A DNA stretch of 64,000 nt from an uncultured Actinomycetes bacterium (lineage in GTDB: Bacteria > Actinomycetota > Thermoleophilia > UBA2241). Location: the NCBI GenBank assembly GCA_963799395.1, contig CAWCWZ010000063.1, positions 1,607 through 65,606 on the forward strand, given 5' to 3'. Shown in pieces: positions 62,310-64,000 of this stretch. The translations under genes and the position numbers were made by a program. A model generated the notes under the pieces. It saw only the letters and a program-made list of their open reading frames with translations. It was not told where the DNA came from and made no database searches. Each line of letters begins with the position of its first letter. Positions within the stretch are counted from its first letter, which is position 1.

Positions 62310-62453
62310 GTCCACGCGTCAGGCGATCGCCGAGTACCTGCGCGGCGCGTAGGGCCGGGGGGTGTCCACTCGCGCAGAACAGCCCCAGGCAGTGGCCGTC
62401 ATCGGCAGTCCCCGTCGGCACCGCAGCTCCCGACCTCCGCGCGTTGCCCGCTC

Positions 62454-63680
62454 TCAGGCGTTCGCCCCCGTCGCAAGCCTCAGAACCAGGACTTCGAGAT
62501 CGTCGCTGAGCCGGCCGGCGAAGGCGGTCGCCTCGTTGCGCACGCCGTCGGCGATCTCCTGGGGAGTCCGGTCGCGGAGCTTGGCGACGACCTCGACCAG
62601 CCGCGCCTCGCCGAACATCTCGCCGTCTCTCCGGGCCTCGGTGACCCCGTCGGTGTAGAACACGAGGCAGTCGCCGGCGGCGAGCGTCAGGTGGGAATCG
62701 AGATAGTCCGCGTTGAAGGCGCCCAGAGCGATGTGCTGCGGGGTCTCGAGCAGCCGGCACCCGCGGCGATCGATCACGACGGGCGGCGGGTGACCGGCGC
62801 TCGTGTAGGTCGCCCGCCCGGTCTCGCGGTCGAGAACGAGGAAGAAGGCGGCCACGTACTCACCCTCGGTCTCGCGCCGCAGCAGCAACTGGTTGGTCTT
62901 TCTCAGGATGAACGCCGGGGAGGAGTCGACCATGGCGAACGCTCGCACAGTGCTGCGTACCCGCTCCGTCAGACCGGCGGCGCGGATGCCCTTGCCGGCG
63001 ACGTCGCCGATGAGGACGGCGACGAGCGAGCCGTCGAGGACGAAGACGTCGCTGAAGTCGCCTCCCACGAGCTCGGGTTGGAACGCGGCCTGTGCCACGA
63101 GGCCCAGATCGAGCCCCTCGACCCGCGGCAGGGGGCTCATGAAGTTCTCCTGCAGGGCGGTGGCGATGCGGCGCTGCTCTTCGAGCAGCGCCGCATTCTC
63201 TATGGCGGCCTGTTCCGAGGCGAGCCTGGCGAGCGTGGTGTCGAACAGACCGGCGACCGCCAGGTAGACATCGAGGAGGGACTGGGACAGGGGGCCGCTC
63301 GCGCGGTGGCCGACGAGCAGCGCCGCGTGGCGCTGCTGGTCGCCGGCCAGGGGCAGGAGGGCGATCGCGTAGTCGCCGTCCGGCAGGGCGATCAGCTCGC
63401 TTGCAAGAAAGCCGCTGGCAAGGACCTGCCTCGCGGTCTCGCGGACCTGGTCGGCAAGACGATCGCAATCCTGCGGCGCCGACAGCGTGCAGTAGCGCGC
63501 GGCGATCGCGCCGTCGGGGCGGCGTTCGAGCAGGGTGACGAGGTCGGCATCGAAGAAGCGCACGAACACCTGCCCCAGCTCCCGCCAGATGTCGGCGTCG
63601 CGACGCAGCATCGCCAGGTACTGAGCCGTGCGCAACACCGCCGTGAGACCGTCGCCGCGCTGCCCGCCGACCTCACTCAC
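62454..63680 (-). CDS. PP2C-type Ser phosphatase of the SpoIIE/RsbU family with an N-terminal GAF-like sensor domain
   Basis: 408 aa. The C-terminal PPM domain (…GGDFSDVFVLDGSLVAVLIGDVAGKGIRAAGLTERVRS…FYTDGVTEARR…) is typical of the RsbU/RsbP/SpoIIE family. Confidence 0.75.
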   Translation of the reverse strand: MSEVGGQRGDGLTAVLRTAQYLAMLRRDADIWRELGQVFVRFFDADLVTLLERRPDGAIAARYCTLSAPQDCDRLADQVRETARQVLASGFLASELIALPDGDYAIALLPLAGDQQRHAALLVGHRASGPLSQSLLDVYLAVAGLFDTTLARLASEQAAIENAALLEEQRRIATALQENFMSPLPRVEGLDLGLVAQAAFQPELVGGDFSDVFVLDGSLVAVLIGDVAGKGIRAAGLTERVRSTVRAFAMVDSSPAFILRKTNQLLLRRETEGEYVAAFFLVLDRETGRATYTSAGHPPPVVIDRRGCRLLETPQHIALGAFNADYLDSHLTLAAGDCLVFYTDGVTEARRDGEMFGEARLVEVVAKLRDRTPQEIADGVRNEATAFAGRLSDDLEVLVLRLATGANA

Positions 63681-64000
63681 GAGTCGCCGTGGACCGCCGA
63701 GACCAGGGCGGCGATATTCTCCGGCCTGGCCTCGAGCGGGATCTCGCAGCCCGACGAAAGGATGAACCCGCCGCGATCGGCGAACAGCGCGACGAGACGG
63801 CGGCCTTCGGCGGCGATCTCGGGGGCCGCGCCCAGGACGAACGACAGCGGCAGGATGTTCCCGTCGAGGCAGGTCCGCTCGAGGATCTGCCCCGCTCGCA
63901 CCGGATCGACGTCGTAGTCGAGGTTGGCGATATCGACGCCGGCCTCGGGGTAGTAGCCGAGGATCGGTTCGGTCGCGCCGGCGATGTGCAGCCAGGTAGC
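63677..64000 (-). CDS. uroporphyrinogen decarboxylase (URO-D) family protein, C-terminal part (the 5' end of the gene lies beyond the window end)
   Basis: Minus-strand frame open to the window edge: …ATWLHIAGATEPILGYYPEAGVDIANLDYDVDPVRAGQILERTCLDGNILP…GGFILSSGCEIPLEARPENIAALVSAVHGDS*. Stop at 63677. Confidence 0.6.
   Translation of the reverse strand, partial: ATWLHIAGATEPILGYYPEAGVDIANLDYDVDPVRAGQILERTCLDGNILPLSFVLGAAPEIAAEGRRLVALFADRGGFILSSGCEIPLEARPENIAALVSAVHGDS

Overview
A 64 kb, very GC-rich (about 70%) stretch of an actinobacterial-type chromosome. It looks like core genome rather than an accessory region. The main content is: (i) a partial serS, an L,D-transpeptidase, pheA and an leuT tRNA-Leu; (ii) the conserved FHA/PASTA cell-wall signalling cluster fhaA-fhaB-pstP-rodA-pbpA-pknB, preceded by an extra Ser/Thr kinase that carries a polytopic membrane domain; (iii) transporters, an Asp23 gene, an amidohydrolase and a STAS protein; (iv) topA-tmk-holB-ricT-copZ, a tRNA-Lys, and a phosphatidylinositol-phosphate biosynthesis cluster (PAP2 phosphatase, PIP synthase, inositol-1-phosphate synthase, and a GT4 glycosyltransferase fused to a PHP phosphoesterase domain); (v) rlmD, a zinc peptidase, yjbQ, a PHP protein, a DUF4388 protein, an aminotransferase and an AI-2E transporter; (vi) a heat-shock locus dnaK-hsp20-grpE-dnaJ-hspR-clpB; (vii) c-di-GMP proteins, surE plus a HAD phosphatase, and ligA; (viii) a tRNA-Thr followed by a small lower-GC islet with an integrase remnant, an RsbU-type phosphatase and a partial URO-D family gene. 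Two things stand out. First, at least a dozen conserved genes, including essential ones (dnaK, ligA, pknB, pheA), carry single-base frameshifts, mostly within G/C runs. Systematic homopolymer indel errors in the assembly explain this better than pseudogenisation. Second, a 645 bp divergent intergenic region (22132..22776) is packed with repeats: a near-perfect 44-45 bp palindrome, mirrored X/Y repeats, tandem 17-mers, and CACATGAC repeats that form a 17-codon uORF ending in an ATGA overlap with the downstream start codon. The most interesting functional inference is the PI(P) cluster: the PAP2 phosphatase and the PHP domain are the candidates for the still-unassigned PIP phosphatase step. The six-frame track is dominated by spurious long ORFs typical of high-GC DNA, and several listed ORFs are composites of real genes read in different frames. 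I worked from memory of the sequence lines, so some hand-derived coordinates may be off by 1-2 nt; coordinates taken from the ORF track are exact.
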